In this document: positions 25,197 to 38,486 of the stretch, piece by piece
How positions within the stretch are numbered: the first letter of the stretch is position 1
Layout: each line of letters begins with the position of its first letter
Source: Squalus acanthias
Taxonomy: Eukaryota
Assembly (NCBI GenBank): GCA_030390025.1
Contig: CM059431.1
Span: forward strand, 115,384,001 to 115,448,000
DNA: 64,000 nucleotides
Direction of reading: 5' to 3'
The notes under the pieces: generated by a model
Told to the model about the DNA's origin: nothing
Seen by the model: the letters and a program-made list of their open reading frames with translations, nothing else
Database searches by the model: none
Made by a program: the position numbers and the translations under genes

Positions 25197-27144
25197 GACT
25201 TCATTGAGTGTAGTCTTGCAGCTCCTTGCAGGCCCAGTTCACAAGCAGTGATGATCAGAGTGAGGCTGTGCAGCATGATTAAACCTCCCCTTTAAGAACT
25301 GGAAGGTGCCAGTCTGTCTGACGACTCTCTAATTGACAGTGCCAGACTTGATTAGCGCTCTGAAGGTAGCACCCCGCTCTCCGACGTTAGCGCCCTAAGA
25401 GACGTGTGTAGTGCTTGATTTAGCGCTCCACTTCCCTCCTGGGGCGCTAAAACTCAATTTTGCGGTCGCTGGCTCTAATTAGCGCCGGGTGCTAAAGTTA
25501 GCGCCCAGGCGATGTTAGTGCCCCAAAATGGTCAACACTGAATTTTTCCCCATTGGATATGATCATTTGGATAAATTCCAGTTTAGGATCAGGACTAAAT
25601 CCCTGAGTTTAACTGGGGGATAGGTTTCGGCGAGTGAGTTTCGATTTCAGTTCAAAACTAACCCGCTGCAGAATAAAATGAGGCCTGGGATATTTTAACT
25701 GCCGGACCTCATTTAAATGCCCTTGGCCGACTTCCCACGTGCTCAGGGCTGTAACACAGAAACTAACGGCTGCAAAATGCTGAAGTGGACGTTTTAAATT
25801 CAGTGGTGTGGCGTGTTTGCTCAGGTGCCTACAATCTTCATCTGCATTTTAAGCACACTGAGGTATAAATTCGTCTGGTAGCGCAATACGGGCGATAGCG
25901 AATTGGCATTGAAATCAACAGAAAAGAAAATCGGGTGGAGTGCAAAACAGGTTGCAGATTCACTATCACCCAGCCAACCCTGGATCAAAGAAAACCTTTA
26001 TCTGAATGAATCTGTGATGCAAAGATTCTTCCTATGTTCTGATAGAAATGCCATCTGTATTTCAGCCCAAGTTATCACAGTTGTTAAAGGTCCCGTGCCA
26101 CTATTCAAAGAAGAGTTATCCCATTATCCTGGCCAATCTCACCAAAGTCAGGTTAACAGCTCATGTTTTTTTTGTGGGACACTGCAGTACCCAAAATGGC
26201 TGCTGTGTTGGCCGACGTGACTAAACTTCAAATCAATTCATTGTACGTGAACTGCTTTGGAACATTTCCCAAAGATGTGATAAGATGCTTTTGAAATGTA
26301 TGTTTTTTAGTTGCAGCTTACGTTGGGGTTTCCATGGCGTCCTGTGGTTCTGGTATGGCTCAGCAGAGAAGGACATACACCTGTGTAATAAAATGCTTGA
26401 AATGCAGTCCGAAAGAGAAAGAATAGGTTACTGTTTTGGTTGAGACCCTTTATCTCATGATACAGAACAGAGAATTACATAGAATTTACAGCACAGAAAC
26501 AGGCTATTTGGCCCAACTGGTCTATGCCAGTTTTTATGCTCTACATGAACCTCCCTATCTAACCCTATCAGCAAATCCTTATAACTTATAACAGTAACAA
26601 AACAGTTATAAGTGACATAAAGATTAATTGCAGATATATTGGCGTTCACCATGAGAAAAGTTAGTAACCAGAACTGGACCAACGCTGAGATATAATAGTG
26701 ACATCAGCCCTTTGATCCTGAAACTGTGAGTCTTGGATAAATGAAATGTGGTCATACAAGCAACTGATCAAAGGCAAAGACCACACAAGGAAGGAAAATT
26801 AAAGCAATTTTAACCCAGTACGTTTCAGAAAAAATGACCAGCTGACATCAGCAAAATTTATGAAAGTAAACTAGCAACAGTTTCAGTAAAGCTTGGGGTC
26901 AACACATTGGTGACACAATTCCAAGACTGGATACATGACTGAAGCAAGGAAATAGTCAAACAATTGTGGCTTTGACTCCGCCAACCACAGGAGTCCTCCC
27001 TTTGCTTGACTCATTTTACCCCCACAACATAAAAGAGAGGGCAGGGAATAACTTTGTCAAAGTTTGTTAAATGCGCAAGACAGCAATCAATGAGCTTGAG
27101 GTGGTTGGGAAGCAGGGCTTCAAGAGCACAGCGGGAAAAAAGAA

Positions 27145-27612
27145 AGAAAGACTTGCATTTCTATAGCGCCTTTCACGACCGCCGGACGTCCCAAAGCACT
27201 TTACAGCCAATGAAGTACTTTTGAAGTGTAGTCACTGTTGTAATGTAGGAAACATGGCAGCCAATTTGCGCACAGCAAGCTCCCACAAAACTGCAATGTG
27301 ATAATGACCAGATAATCTGTTTTAGCGATGTTGATTGAGGGATAAATATTGGCCAGGACACCGGGGAGAACTCCCCTGCTCTTCTTCAAAATAGAGCCAT
27401 GGGATCTTTTACATCCACTTGAGAGGGCAGACGGGGCCTCGCTTTAACATCTCATCCAAAAGACAGCACCTCTGACAGTGCCACACTCCCTCAGTACTGC
27501 GCTGGAGTGTCAGCCTAGATTTTTTTTGGTGCTCAATTTTCTGGAGTGGGACTTGAGCCCACAACCTTCTGACTCAGAGGTGAGAGCGCTACCCACTGAG
27601 CCATAGCTGACA
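27145..27612 (-). mobile_element. DeuSINE (SacSINE1-like), full length
   Basis: Colinear with 1702-2158. Confidence 0.85.
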
Positions 27613-28160
27613 CAGCTGAAAGGAGGGTGGGAATGATGATTCGCCATTTTAAAACAAAAATGCTTGCCATAAAAACTGACAAACATCCCCAAAAAGCTGA
27701 GCATTCAAATAACAGACAACAACACAAAAACAGTCCTGAATATAGGCCTGGAGGACCAAGGTCACTACTTCATGGTGAGAGAATAAGTTGAATTCTGCTT
27801 TGTTACATAGGAGTCCAATGCCTTTGGGATCACATTTCACAATTTAGACCCTATTTCTGTGAAAGAAACAAAACTTAAAGGTCTTGCCAGTTGCCAATAA
27901 CGTGGTCAGTCTGTGAGTACAGTGGGACATAACCTGGCTGTCACTTAAGCATCAAGTACATCCAATATTTCCAACACTTGTACCGCAGAGAAAAATTGAA
28001 GTGCAGAAAAATTCCTTTGTTTACAATGTAGACCTAGAAATTTTGTGAAGAGGACAGAGCACTGAAGATTCAAGCTTTATTTCTTAGGGTCATCTAGGGG
28101 TTTGCCCTCCAGGTAATTTGGAATTTAACACTTTTTGGTCCATTTTCCAGCATTTTGGGT

Positions 28161-28635
28161 TGTCAGCCATGGCTCAGTTGGTAACACCCTCGCTTCTGAG
28201 TCAGAAGGTTGTGAGTTCAAGCCCCATTTCAGAGATTTGAGTGCAAAAATCTAGGCTGACACTCCAGTGCAGTGCTGAGGGAGTGCTGCACTGTTGGAGG
28301 GGCTGTCTTTTGGATGAGACATTAAACTGAAGCCCCGTCTGCTCTCTCAGGTAGATGTAAAGGATCCCATGCCACTGTTTCGAAGAAGAGCAGGGGAGTT
28401 ATCCTCGGTGTCCTGGCCAATATTTATCCCTCAATCAACATTATCAAAAAACAGGTTAGCTGATCATTAACACATTGCTGTTTGTGGGACCTTGCTGTGT
28501 GCAAATTGGCTGCTGCGTTTCCGACATTATAACAGTGACTACACTTCAAAAAGTACTTCATTGGCTGTAAAGCGCTTTGGGACATCAGGTGGTCGTGAAA
28601 GGTGCTATATAAATGCAAGTCTTTCTTTCTTCTTT
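28161..28635 (+). mobile_element. DeuSINE (SacSINE1-like), full length
   Basis: Head TGTCAGCCATGGCTCAGTTGG, Deu-like core, (TTTC)n tail. Confidence 0.85.
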
Positions 28636-30139
28636 CTTTTTGCAGTCTTGGAAGCTAAAAGTAACTTATTCTGGAACAGTTACAGACATTTCAATTATAA
28701 AGGAAAAAAGTTATTACAAGTCGCAATTGACTGTTGAATTTGACACCATCAGAAGGTAATGCAGAGTGAGCACAAATACAACGGAATGCTGCTAATATTA
28801 ATACAGGAATAATCTATCTCACAATGGCAGCAGCTCACGGTAACAAGACAGGGATTGAAATGATAAAGTCACTAATCTTGTAGTTCAGGGCTCACTAACT
28901 CAAAAGAACGGTCAAGTGAATGTTAATCTGTTAGTTGTCTCCAACCAAATGCCAGGCTGAGCCAACATAAGACCCACTGCGTTCCCCAACCTCCACGAAT
29001 GCGGGTAAATTTTCACCGTTTGCCCACTGCCTGGAACTTCACATATGCGCATGAGAAATATCTAGGGCATTCTGGGATAACTTTAACAAATAGTGATTTT
29101 GATCAGTAAATGCTGACTGTACGTGTGATACACTGATGATTAGTGTGTATGATTTATCATTTGAATGGAATAAGAAATAAGAATTCAGTTAAAGATGAAC
29201 TAAATTTGGACACAGCTCGCCTTAATGCTAAGCCATTTTGTAAAGCTTGGGGCCCCAATCTCTGATTGGACAATGGATGTAAGTGCGGTGGAATGCCGGT
29301 GAGGGGATCATAATATGGGACAGAAGCAGTTCCACTGGGTTTCCACCCCGTTCAATCATAAAATCCAGTGGATGGGGAGAGCGAGTGTGACTTCCACCCT
29401 TATTCCCCCACCCCACCCCTCCTGCTCTGTATCAAGGTGGCACAATTTGGGGAACTTCCCAAGTTACCCAGGGAACTCTGGCCTTTATGCCTTTGGTCGG
29501 CCTCAATGAACACTTGTTATCTGAGAGGTGGCAGGAGATCTGTGAAGGCCCCAGGAAAGGCCCCACACCTTGCACAGTAAAAATAATCAATTCCTAAAGG
29601 CTCCCTTCACAGATTAAGATTTATTTTTATTATAATTTCATCTTTGGCTCAGGAAAGGTCTCAGGGGACCTCTAGAAGAGCGGCTAAGGGCCATTCTGCC
29701 TTACAATGGTGGGATCTGGATGGGCTCCTCTGAAGTGAAAAGTGTGCATCTTGTTGGAAAGTGTGCATCTGTTGGCATTGGGTGAGGACAGGATGAGCTT
29801 AACTGTGATGCCTTCATAATGAGTAACCTACTAAATTCATACGTAGAAGATATAGGATAGTGTAGGACCAGGAAAGTCTCTGCAGTCCATATAGCGGGTC
29901 TCAAAAACTAATACTCAAGTATCTAATGAATTCTCCCTTAAATTGTTTCACACTATCTGCCTTCACTGCCTCCCTAGGTAGTCTGATCTACACATTCATT
30001 ATCCTCTGTGCAAAGTAGTTAAATCTAAAAATGCATAAGCTTGAAACAATGTTTCCTGGTTCTAGAATTTGTGGCAATTTTGAACATATTATCAGGGTTC
30101 AATTTATCTATTCCCTTAAGAATTGTGAATACTTTTTTT

Positions 30140-30300
30140 TTCATTCCTGGGATGTGGGAGTCACTGGCATGGCCGGCACTAATGGTCCATCCCTAGTTGG
30201 CCTGAGAAGATGGTGGTGGGCCTTCTTCTTGACCTGCTGCAGTCCACATGGTGAAGGTGCTCTCCCACAATGTTGTTAGGGAGGGAATGCCAGGATTTTG
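30140..30300 (-). mobile_element. LINE family B 3' fragment
   Basis: Matches 5705-5860. Confidence 0.75.
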
Positions 30301-30519
30301 GCTCGAATAACATTTCCCTGAGCCTTCACTTCAGAGTAAGCAATCCCAGCTTCCAGTGCCTGGATACCCTTGCTGTAGTGCATTAGCTAAAATTGTACAC
30401 AGTACTCCTGGTGTGGCTGTACCTGCATGTTCTATAGACTCATTAGTGTAAGTGACCCAGTTGGGCGTACACCAGACTAGCAGTAGGGCAGTGTGGGACT
30501 TGAGTGTGCCCAACACATA

Positions 30520-31206
30520 GGACTGGATTTTGATACTGGGGCGGGTTGGGGTCGTGTCATCCACTTTTCGTGTTATCCACCCGACTGCAATTGGATGTGG
30601 GAGATTGATGCAATTTTCACCTAATTGGGCAATTGAGTTCCAGCATGTGGGAACCCATGAACCAATTAGTGTTTTCAGTCTGAAAGTCGCCTCTGATGAT
30701 GTCATCATTACTGCTGCATTGAAGGTCTTCAGAGACTGCCTGGCCTTTGCTGTGAGAGGACCTGGATACAAAATGAGCAGCAGCAGCCCTAAGTCTGCTC
30801 CCAGCTATTTTTACACCACCATTCCCAGATATGTCTCCTCTCCATCCATATAGCTATCCATATATGCATCCCCACAGCCAGCCAGCATCAACTATCCATA
30901 TCCAAATGTGCTCCCGCCAGGTTTCACATTCGTGGTTCAGAACAGGCGTGCTTCATGTAGAAAAGGGTTAAAATCACAAAGGCCTTTCAAAATGGCATTA
31001 TAGAGGCAATTTAGTGCTTGTTAAGGGCCTTAACAGCCTATCCCGCCTCTTAGAGGTGGAACGGAGTCGGGACCAGCAGACACGATTTAATCAAAATTGC
31101 GTGGAGGCGGGATGGAGGCGGACTTATGCCCGCCCGCCAGTTTTCACAATTTTAACCCCCCACATGCCTCCAAACCCACCTCCACGGGTCAATGAAAATC
31201 CAGCCC
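30520..31206. mobile_element. Non-autonomous Harbinger derivative
   Basis: TIRs GGACTGGATTTT / reverse complement GGGCTGGATTTT; exact 3-bp TSD ATA on both sides. Confidence 0.75.
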
Positions 31207-31429
31207 ATAGAGTGCTAACCCAGTGAATATTTCTTGGTCAGTCTTATTTTAATACAGTATGCAAGCTGCTGATTTGGAAAAATACCTGTGATCAGGAGCT
31301 TGTCAATTAGTGGGCAAGTAATCAAATGCTGCTGTAGGAGGTGAGTGCCGAAAGCAGCTTAAAAGGGACAGGCATTGCAGTTTTTCAGCTTTTTAAGACA
31401 GCACGTTTATAACCAAAAAATATCTGGAA

Positions 31430-31640
31430 CAAATGCAGGAAGGCAGAGTTCTCCCCTTTACTCTGATGGCAGTATAGAAATTCTGCTGGAGAAAATGAGG
31501 CAGAGGAAGGGTTCAGCAGGCCCCAGGAGGTTCATCCCAGGGGAATGAGAGCAGGTGGCCACCACTCACTTCCGGCATGCAGCACACCTGAAAGGCAATG
31601 CGAAAAAAAGTTGAATGGTCCCACCAGGCCATCTCAAGTA
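31430..31640 (+). pseudogene. Decayed exon 1 of a Harbinger Myb-like gene
   Basis: SPLYSDGSIEILLEKMRQRK..ERQCEKKLNG followed by GTAAG donor; preceded by a TTAAAAGGG box as in other elements. Confidence 0.55.
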
Positions 31641-32039
31641 AGAGAACCCACCGTTATCTTCCAATAAAACAGTGTGCTTAGCAAACAGAACACTCAGAAT
31701 GGCCTCCTGCTCAGACTGTGTTAAAGGTTTTTCAGACACTAACATGAATGGCCAATACGCAGCAAAGTGTGTTACAGCCTTATACATGTATTTTCAGCCC
31801 AAAAGATTCCTGCTATCCAATATGTTGTCTGTACATGTTATCACACCCACAATGGTCTGCATACTGATACTAGGGTGTTACTACATGTCATCTGGACAAT
31901 TCAAACTTCTTATTTCTTCTAATCTGGCTGCAGGAAAAGGTAGCCATTAGCAACAGGAAGAAAAAAACAAATAACAACAGATAGAGAGCACAACATTTCA
32001 TTTTCTAACCTCTAACGACAAGAAAGCTCTGGAAATCAA

Positions 32040-32492
32040 AAAGACTTGCATTTCTATAGCGCCTTTCACGACCACCAGACTTCTCAAAGTGCTTTACAGC
32101 CAATGAAGTACTTTTGGAGTGCAGTCACTGTTGTAATGTGGGAAACACAGCAGCCAATTTGCGCACAGCAAGCTCCCACAAACAGCACTGTGATAATGAC
32201 CAGATAATCTGTTTTAGTGATGTTGGTTGAGGGATAAATATTGGCAAGGATACCAGAGATAACTCCCCTGCTCTTCTTTGAAATAGTGCCATGGGATCTT
32301 TTACGTCCACCTGAGAGAGCAGATGGGGCCTCGGTTTAACGTCTCATCCGAAAGACGGCACCTCTGACAGTGCAGCACTCCCTCAGCACTACACTGGAGT
32401 GTCAGCCTAGCTTTACGTGCTCAAGTCCCTGGAGTGGGACTTGAACCCACAACCTTCTGACTCAGAGGTGACCCACTGAGCCACAGCTGACA
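32040..32492 (-). mobile_element. DeuSINE (SacSINE1-like), full length
   Basis: Colinear with other copies. Confidence 0.85.
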
Positions 32493-33799
32493 TACAGAAC
32501 ATGGAGACTGCAGGAAATGAGGAAGTTGGAAGTTCAGGGCTTGCAATAATCTTCTGTTTTTCTTCTTTCTCATTCTAATCTCTCATTCACAAACTGACAG
32601 CAAAACATATACTGAATTCCGTTACCATGTCAATCTTCCTACTGAAAGCTATGTATGAAGACTGCTCAGAAGGACTCCTTTGTCTTCCTCTTCATTCTCC
32701 AGGTGTGCCACAGGAAACGCAGATGAGAAAATATACCCTTTATGGCCTCCTGGGATTAGTGCTCTATCCCTTTAGCCGCACATCCCAAGATCATGTTACT
32801 TTCCCTTGCTGCTATTGCATGCTGTGTTCTTGGTTTCAGTGAACTGTTCATCAATTACCCCAGATCGCCCTCATATGTTGTATCTTGTAACCTAGAACCA
32901 GTGGGGATGAATTTCCATTGGGGTTCTTCCACTCGTCTACCATAACTTCAGCCACAGAAAGTCCACGGAAATTACCCCCATTTTGTTTATATTCTTACTG
33001 TCTATATTCCTTCCCTGGTCAGGAGAAAGTGGCGATACCTGGAAATATCACCTTTTTTTTTACTAGAGTAATTCCAGTTGTTTATTTCTCTCACATACTC
33101 CTGACATAAGCACAACATACTGCAGGTAACATCAGGTTTGAATCTACCTTTATTTAGTTTCTTCCAATTGCATTGTAAGAGAAATATAGAGTGATGTCCC
33201 CTATTAAGGCCTCTATGTAGCACCTTATTTGTATTACAGATCTGTATTTCCAATCTACATTTTAGCCATTTCATGCTGTAAATGTCACAAACCATCTGCC
33301 AAATAAATTAAGAAAAACAGCCTTCTGACTAAAATGATCAAACATGCAGTAATATATCAGACCCAGAGGCTACATAAACATTTTTATATCATGACATTAA
33401 GTTATATGTCTGCATGTGATGGCAGATAGCTGTGTTGAGATTCAGAACCAGTATAAACGGGCAGTAAATTATATACCGCTCAGGCACTGCAAAGGACTAC
33501 CATTCTCAGCTCGTATGCTCGATCGTCAAAAGTGCTTTGTTGCATGTTAGGTGGCATAACAATAGAGCGCAACCTGAGACATCTGCAATAAGGACAGATG
33601 TTTCATAAGTTTGACTCTGGTGGTTTGGGAGCACATAAAAAATCGGAGAAATTGTATTAGTGCAGCAGGCATGTCAGGGGGATTTCCTGCTGTCTAATTT
33701 GTGATCTAGCAACCCTGTTTCAGTTAGCTGTGCACTTGAATTTGTGCATGCAAGGAACATAAGGCAAAGTCTTGTGACATCCCGCACCACTTTTTTTTC

Positions 33800-34285
33800 A
33801 TTCACAGCAAGGCCAGCATTTATTGCCCATGCGGAAGGTGGTGGTGGTGAGCCGCCTTCTTGAACCGCCGCAGTCCGTGCGGTGAAGGTACTCCCACAGT
33901 GCTGTTAGGGAGGGAGTTCCAGGATTTTGTCCCAGTGATGATGAAGGAACGGCAAAATATTTCCAAGTCAGGATTCTGTGTGACTTGGGAGGGGAACGTG
34001 GAGGTGGTGGTGTTCCCATGCGCCTGCTGCCCTTGTCCTTCTAGGTGGGGGAGGTCATGGGTTTGGGAGGCGCTTTGAAGAAGCCTTGGCGAGTTGCTGC
34101 AGTGCTTCCTGTAGATCAGGGGCGGGCAATTATTTGGGCTGGAGTGCCAGTGGAGAGTGTTCCATCACATTACTGACTTGTGCCTTGTAGATGGTGGAAA
34201 GGCATTGGGGAATCAGGAGGTGAGTCACTTGCTGCAGAATACCCAGCCTCTGACCTGCTCTTGTAGCCACAGTATGTACGTGGCT
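33800..34285 (-). mobile_element. LINE family B 3' fragment with internal deletion
   Basis: Matches 5705-6330. Confidence 0.8.
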
Positions 34286-34567
34286 ATATGCGAGGCCTTG
34301 CGTGCAGCAAGCAGTTTACTGGAAAATTGTGAGTGCATTGCTCATGATTTCCTGTCTATTGATTTAAATAGATGAAAAATTGTAGGCAGCACGCCCACAG
34401 TTTCTGATAAGCTGCCTGCTGTTTTCAAAGCTCATCTGTAGTTTGGAATCTTGGGACAGTTTGCCTATGCTGGGGGACGATACCGGGGAACATTTCTTCC
34501 ATGCGATAGCTCAAATAAAATAGTCAATCCATTTATAAAAATGGGTCAATGATTTTAAAGAAAGGAA

Positions 34568-34806
34568 AAACCTGTATTTGCATAGCACTTTTCATGACCT
34601 CAGGATGCCCCAACGTGCTTTACAGCCAATTAACTGCTTTTTGAAATGTCGTCACTGTTGTAATGTAGGAAACGTTGCAGCCAATTTGCACAAAGCCAGG
34701 TCCCACAAAGAGCAATGCGATAATGACCAGATAATCTGTTTTAGCGATGTTGAGGGATAAACATTGAACACTCTGAAGAACTCACCTGCTCTTTTTCAAA
34801 ATAGTG
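34568..34806 (-). mobile_element. DeuSINE 3' half
   Basis: Matches 3' half of other copies. Confidence 0.75.
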
Positions 34807-35007
34807 TGCACCTAACGCACAGAGCAACCTTCCCCCACAGTGCCGTGTAGGAGAAATGGTGTGTGAAGATGATACTCATGCAGCCTAACCATGATCGCTG
34901 AAAAGTTAAATCAGCCATTTCCAGTTTTTTCAACCTTTCATGCATATAGTCTTCACCAATAGCCTTCAGTTTCAGAAGCTAAAATTAATTTTTGCTGTTT
35001 ATTTCAC

Positions 35008-35280
35008 GGGAACGGTAGCATAGTGGTTATGTTACTGGACTGGTAATCCAGAGGTCTGGACTTTTCATCTGGAGACATGAGTTCAAATCCCACCTCAGCA
35101 GCTGGGGAATTTAAATTCAATTAATTAAATAAATCTGGAATATAAAAGCTAGTATCAGTAATGAAAGACTACTGGATTGTCATAAAAACCTAGCTGGTTC
35201 ACTAATGTCCTTGAGGGAAGGAAATCTGCTGTCCTTGACTGGTTTTTTGGCCTATATGTGACTCCAGACCCACAGCAATA
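35008..35280 (+). mobile_element. tRNA-headed element whose body matches the 5' region of LINE family B
   Basis: GGTAGCATAGTGGTTATG (A box) .. GAGTTCAAATCCC (B box); 35200-35280 matches the reverse complement of ~60995-61070. Confidence 0.75.
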
Positions 35281-38200
35281 TCGGTACCAATGACATAGGC
35301 AGAAAGAGGATGAGGTCCTGCAGGCAGAGTTTAGGGAGCTAGGAGAGAGATTAAAAAGCAGGACCTCAAAGGTGTAGTAATCTCTGGAATACTCCCGGTG
35401 CCACGTGCTAGTGAGTACAGGAATAGGAGGATAGAACCAATGAATGCGTGGCTGGAGAGATGGTGCAGGAGGAAGGGCTTTAGATTCCTGAGGCATTGGG
35501 ACTGCTTCTGGGGAAGGTGGGACCTGTACAAGCTGGATGGGTTACACCTCAACAGAGCCGGGACCAATATACACACGGGGAGGTTTGTTAGTGCTGTTGG
35601 GGAGGGTTTAAACTAACTTGGCAGGGGGGTGGGCACCAGCAGATAGGAGTAGAAAAGAGGAATAAGGTGCATAAAAGAGTGAGTGTGTTGGATAGTACTA
35701 GAGAAGAAAGTAATATTAGAGACGGAAGTAGTACCATTTTAGATAGGAGAAGACTACGAAAAATTCAAAAATGGGTTTAGAATGCATGTACGTAAACGCA
35801 CAAAGTGTGGTGAATAAGGTTGGTGAGCTACAAGCACAATTAGCTGTTGTGGCAATAATGGAAATGTGGCTTAAAAACGGTGAGGACTGGGCACTTAATA
35901 TTCAAGGGTACAAGGTGTTCAGAAAAGATAGGTAAGGAAAAAAGGGAGGTGGAGTGGCAGTGCTGATTAAGGAAGACATTGTAGTGTTGGAAAGAAAGGA
36001 TGTTCTTGAGGGGACAAGGACAGAATCCATTTGGTTAGAGTTGAGGAGCAAAAAGGGTATGATCACGCTACTGGGGATATTCTATAGGCCTCCAAATAGT
36101 GAGAGGGAGGTAGAGAGGGAAATCGCAGAGATATGCAAGAGCTATAGAGTGGTGATATTGGGGGACTTTAATTACCCAAAAATCGATTGGGATAATGCTG
36201 AGGTAAAGGGAAAGGAGGGGGAGGAATTTCTGAAATGTGTTCAGGACAATTTCCTTGACCAGTATGTTCTTGGCCCAACTAGGAAGGAGGCATTGCTGGA
36301 TCTGGTGCTGGGGAATGAGGTGGGCCAGTTCGCCCAAGTGTCTGTGGGAGAACACTTGGGTACAAGTGATCATCGTATTATAAAATTTAGATTAGCAATG
36401 GAGAGGAGCAAGGAACAATCTAGAACAGAACTTCTAAACTGGAATAGGGCTAACTTCAATGGGATGTGAAAGGATCTAGCCAGGGTAAAATGGAACCAAA
36501 GACTGACAGGAAAAACTGTAACGGAACAATGGGTGATCTTTAAGGAGGAGATATTGCAAGTACAGGCTAGGTACATTCCAACAAGAGGGAAGGGAACCAA
36601 AGCAAGGGCTCCTTGGATGATGAGGGAGATAGAGAAGATGATGAAACAAAGAAAGAGGGTGTATGATGCATGTCAGGTGAATTCCTCAAGGGAGAACCAG
36701 ACCAAATACAATAAGTTGAGAGGGGATGTGAAGATGAAAATAAGATTGGCAAAGAGAGAATATGAGAGTAGAATGGCAGTTAACATAAAAGGGAACCCAA
36801 ACATCTTCTACCGGCATGTAAACAGTAAGCAGGTAGTAAGAGGCGGGTTGGGGCCTATTAGAGACAAAGAAGGTGATATATGCTTAGAGGCGCAGGGCAA
36901 GGCTAGAATACTCAATGAGTACTTTGTATCGGTGTTTACTAAGGAGGTGGATGCTGACAAAATATCGGTGGAAGTGGAAAAGGTAGAAGCAATGGAAGGG
37001 GTGAAAATTGATAGACAGGATGTACTAGAAAGGCCGGGTATGTTTAGAGTGGATAAGTCGCCTGGTCCAGATGGCTTGCATCCCAGGTTACTAAGGGAAT
37101 TGGGGGAGGAGATAGCGGAAGGACTTGCCGTAATTTTCCAATCTTCCCTAGATGCGGGGGAGGTGACTGAGGATTGGAAAGTGGCAAATGTGACACCATT
37201 GTTCAAGAAAGGGTGTAAGGACAATCCTAGTAACTACAGGCCAGTCAGTTTAACATCAGTGGTGGGTAAAGTTTTAGAAACAATAATCAAGGAAAAAATT
37301 AACGGGCATTTGGAGAGGTTTAAGCTAATTAAGGAGAGCCAACACGGGTTTGTAAAAGGAAGATCGTGTTTGACTAATGTAATTGAATTTTTTGATAAAG
37401 TAACAGAGAGGATTGATGAAGGGAATGCAATGGATGTTGTCTGCATGGATTTTTGGAAGGTGTTTGATAAAGTACCACGTAGAAGGCTGATTAACAAAAT
37501 TGAGGCTCATGGAAAAGGTGGGTCAGTGGCAGCTTGGATAAGGAATTGGCTTAAGGACAGAAAACAGCGAATTGTGGTAAATGGCTGTTTTTCAGACTGG
37601 AGGATGGTAGACAGTGGTGTTCCCCAAGGGTCAGTGCTGGGGCCACTGCTTTTTTTGATATATATATATAAATGACCTGGATATTGGAATCGAGAGTAGA
37701 ATTTCTAAATTTGCTGATGACACCAAACTTGGGGGTGTGGCAAACAGTGAGGATGATACCAATCGACGGCAACAGGACATAGAAAGGCTAATAGAATGGG
37801 CAGACAAGTGGCAGATGGAATTTAATACAGAGAAGTGTGAGGTGATGCATTTTGGCAGAAGGAACAGGAAGAGGCAATATACACTTAATGGCACAGTTTT
37901 AAAGAGTGTGCAGGGACAGAGGGACCTGGGAGTTAATGTGCATAGGTCCCTGAAGGTGGCAGGACATATTGAGAGAGTGGGTAACAAAGCATATGGGATC
38001 TTGGGCTTCTTAAATAGAGGTATTGAGTACAAAAGTAGAGAAGTTATGCTGAACCTTTATAAAGCGCTGGTTAGGCCACAACTGGTGTATTGCGTCCAGT
38101 TCTGGTCACCACACTTTAGGAAGGATGTGAAGGCCCTTGAGAGGGTGCAGAGGAGATTTACCAGAATGGTTCCGGGGATGGGGGATCTTAGCTACAAGGA

Positions 38201-38352
38201 CAGGTTGGAGAAGCTGGATTTGTTTTCATTAGAGCAAAGGAGGTTGAGGTGTGATTTGATAGAGGTGTACAAGATTATGACGGGTTTGGATAGGCTAGAC
38301 AGGGAAAGGCTGTTCCCATTAATTGATGGTACAAAGACTAGGGGACACAGGC
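35280..38352 (+). mobile_element. CR1 LINE: ORF1 C-terminal esterase (SGNH-like) remnant plus decayed ORF2
   Basis: GTNDIG and DGLHLNRAG (ORF1 esterase); FYRPP, LGDFNYP, TSDH (APE); KSPGPDG, QHGF, GVPQGSVLGP, FADD (RT); 3' end truncated. Confidence 0.92.
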
Positions 38353-38486
38353 GGTAAGGCAGGGGGCGCCACTCAATATCCGGTCGGGGGTGCTACCGGG
38401 GCATTGCACACTCGACTGACGTCACGATCTGCCGGCGCAAAAGATCGTGGCGGTAGGGTTTAGCGCCGTCGCAAAATGTCTAGTTT
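38353..38486 (-). mobile_element. Subterminal fragment of the 62223-type Harbinger family
   Basis: Near-identical to ~44056-44190 and to the reverse complement of ~62335-62470. Confidence 0.8.

Larger units (their letters stand above)
21501..25551 (+). mobile_element. Full-length but decayed Harbinger element B (~4.05 kb, two convergent genes)
   Basis: TIRs GGGCTAGAAATTCA / reverse complement GGGGAAAAATTCAG; subterminal TAGCGC/GCGCTA repeats; transposase on plus, Myb-like gene on minus; flanks AAT / ATT. Confidence 0.9.

Noticed and set aside
27700..27786. Ig-like motif LEDQGHYF
   Set aside because: No following Cys, short frame bounded by stops, no clear exon structure
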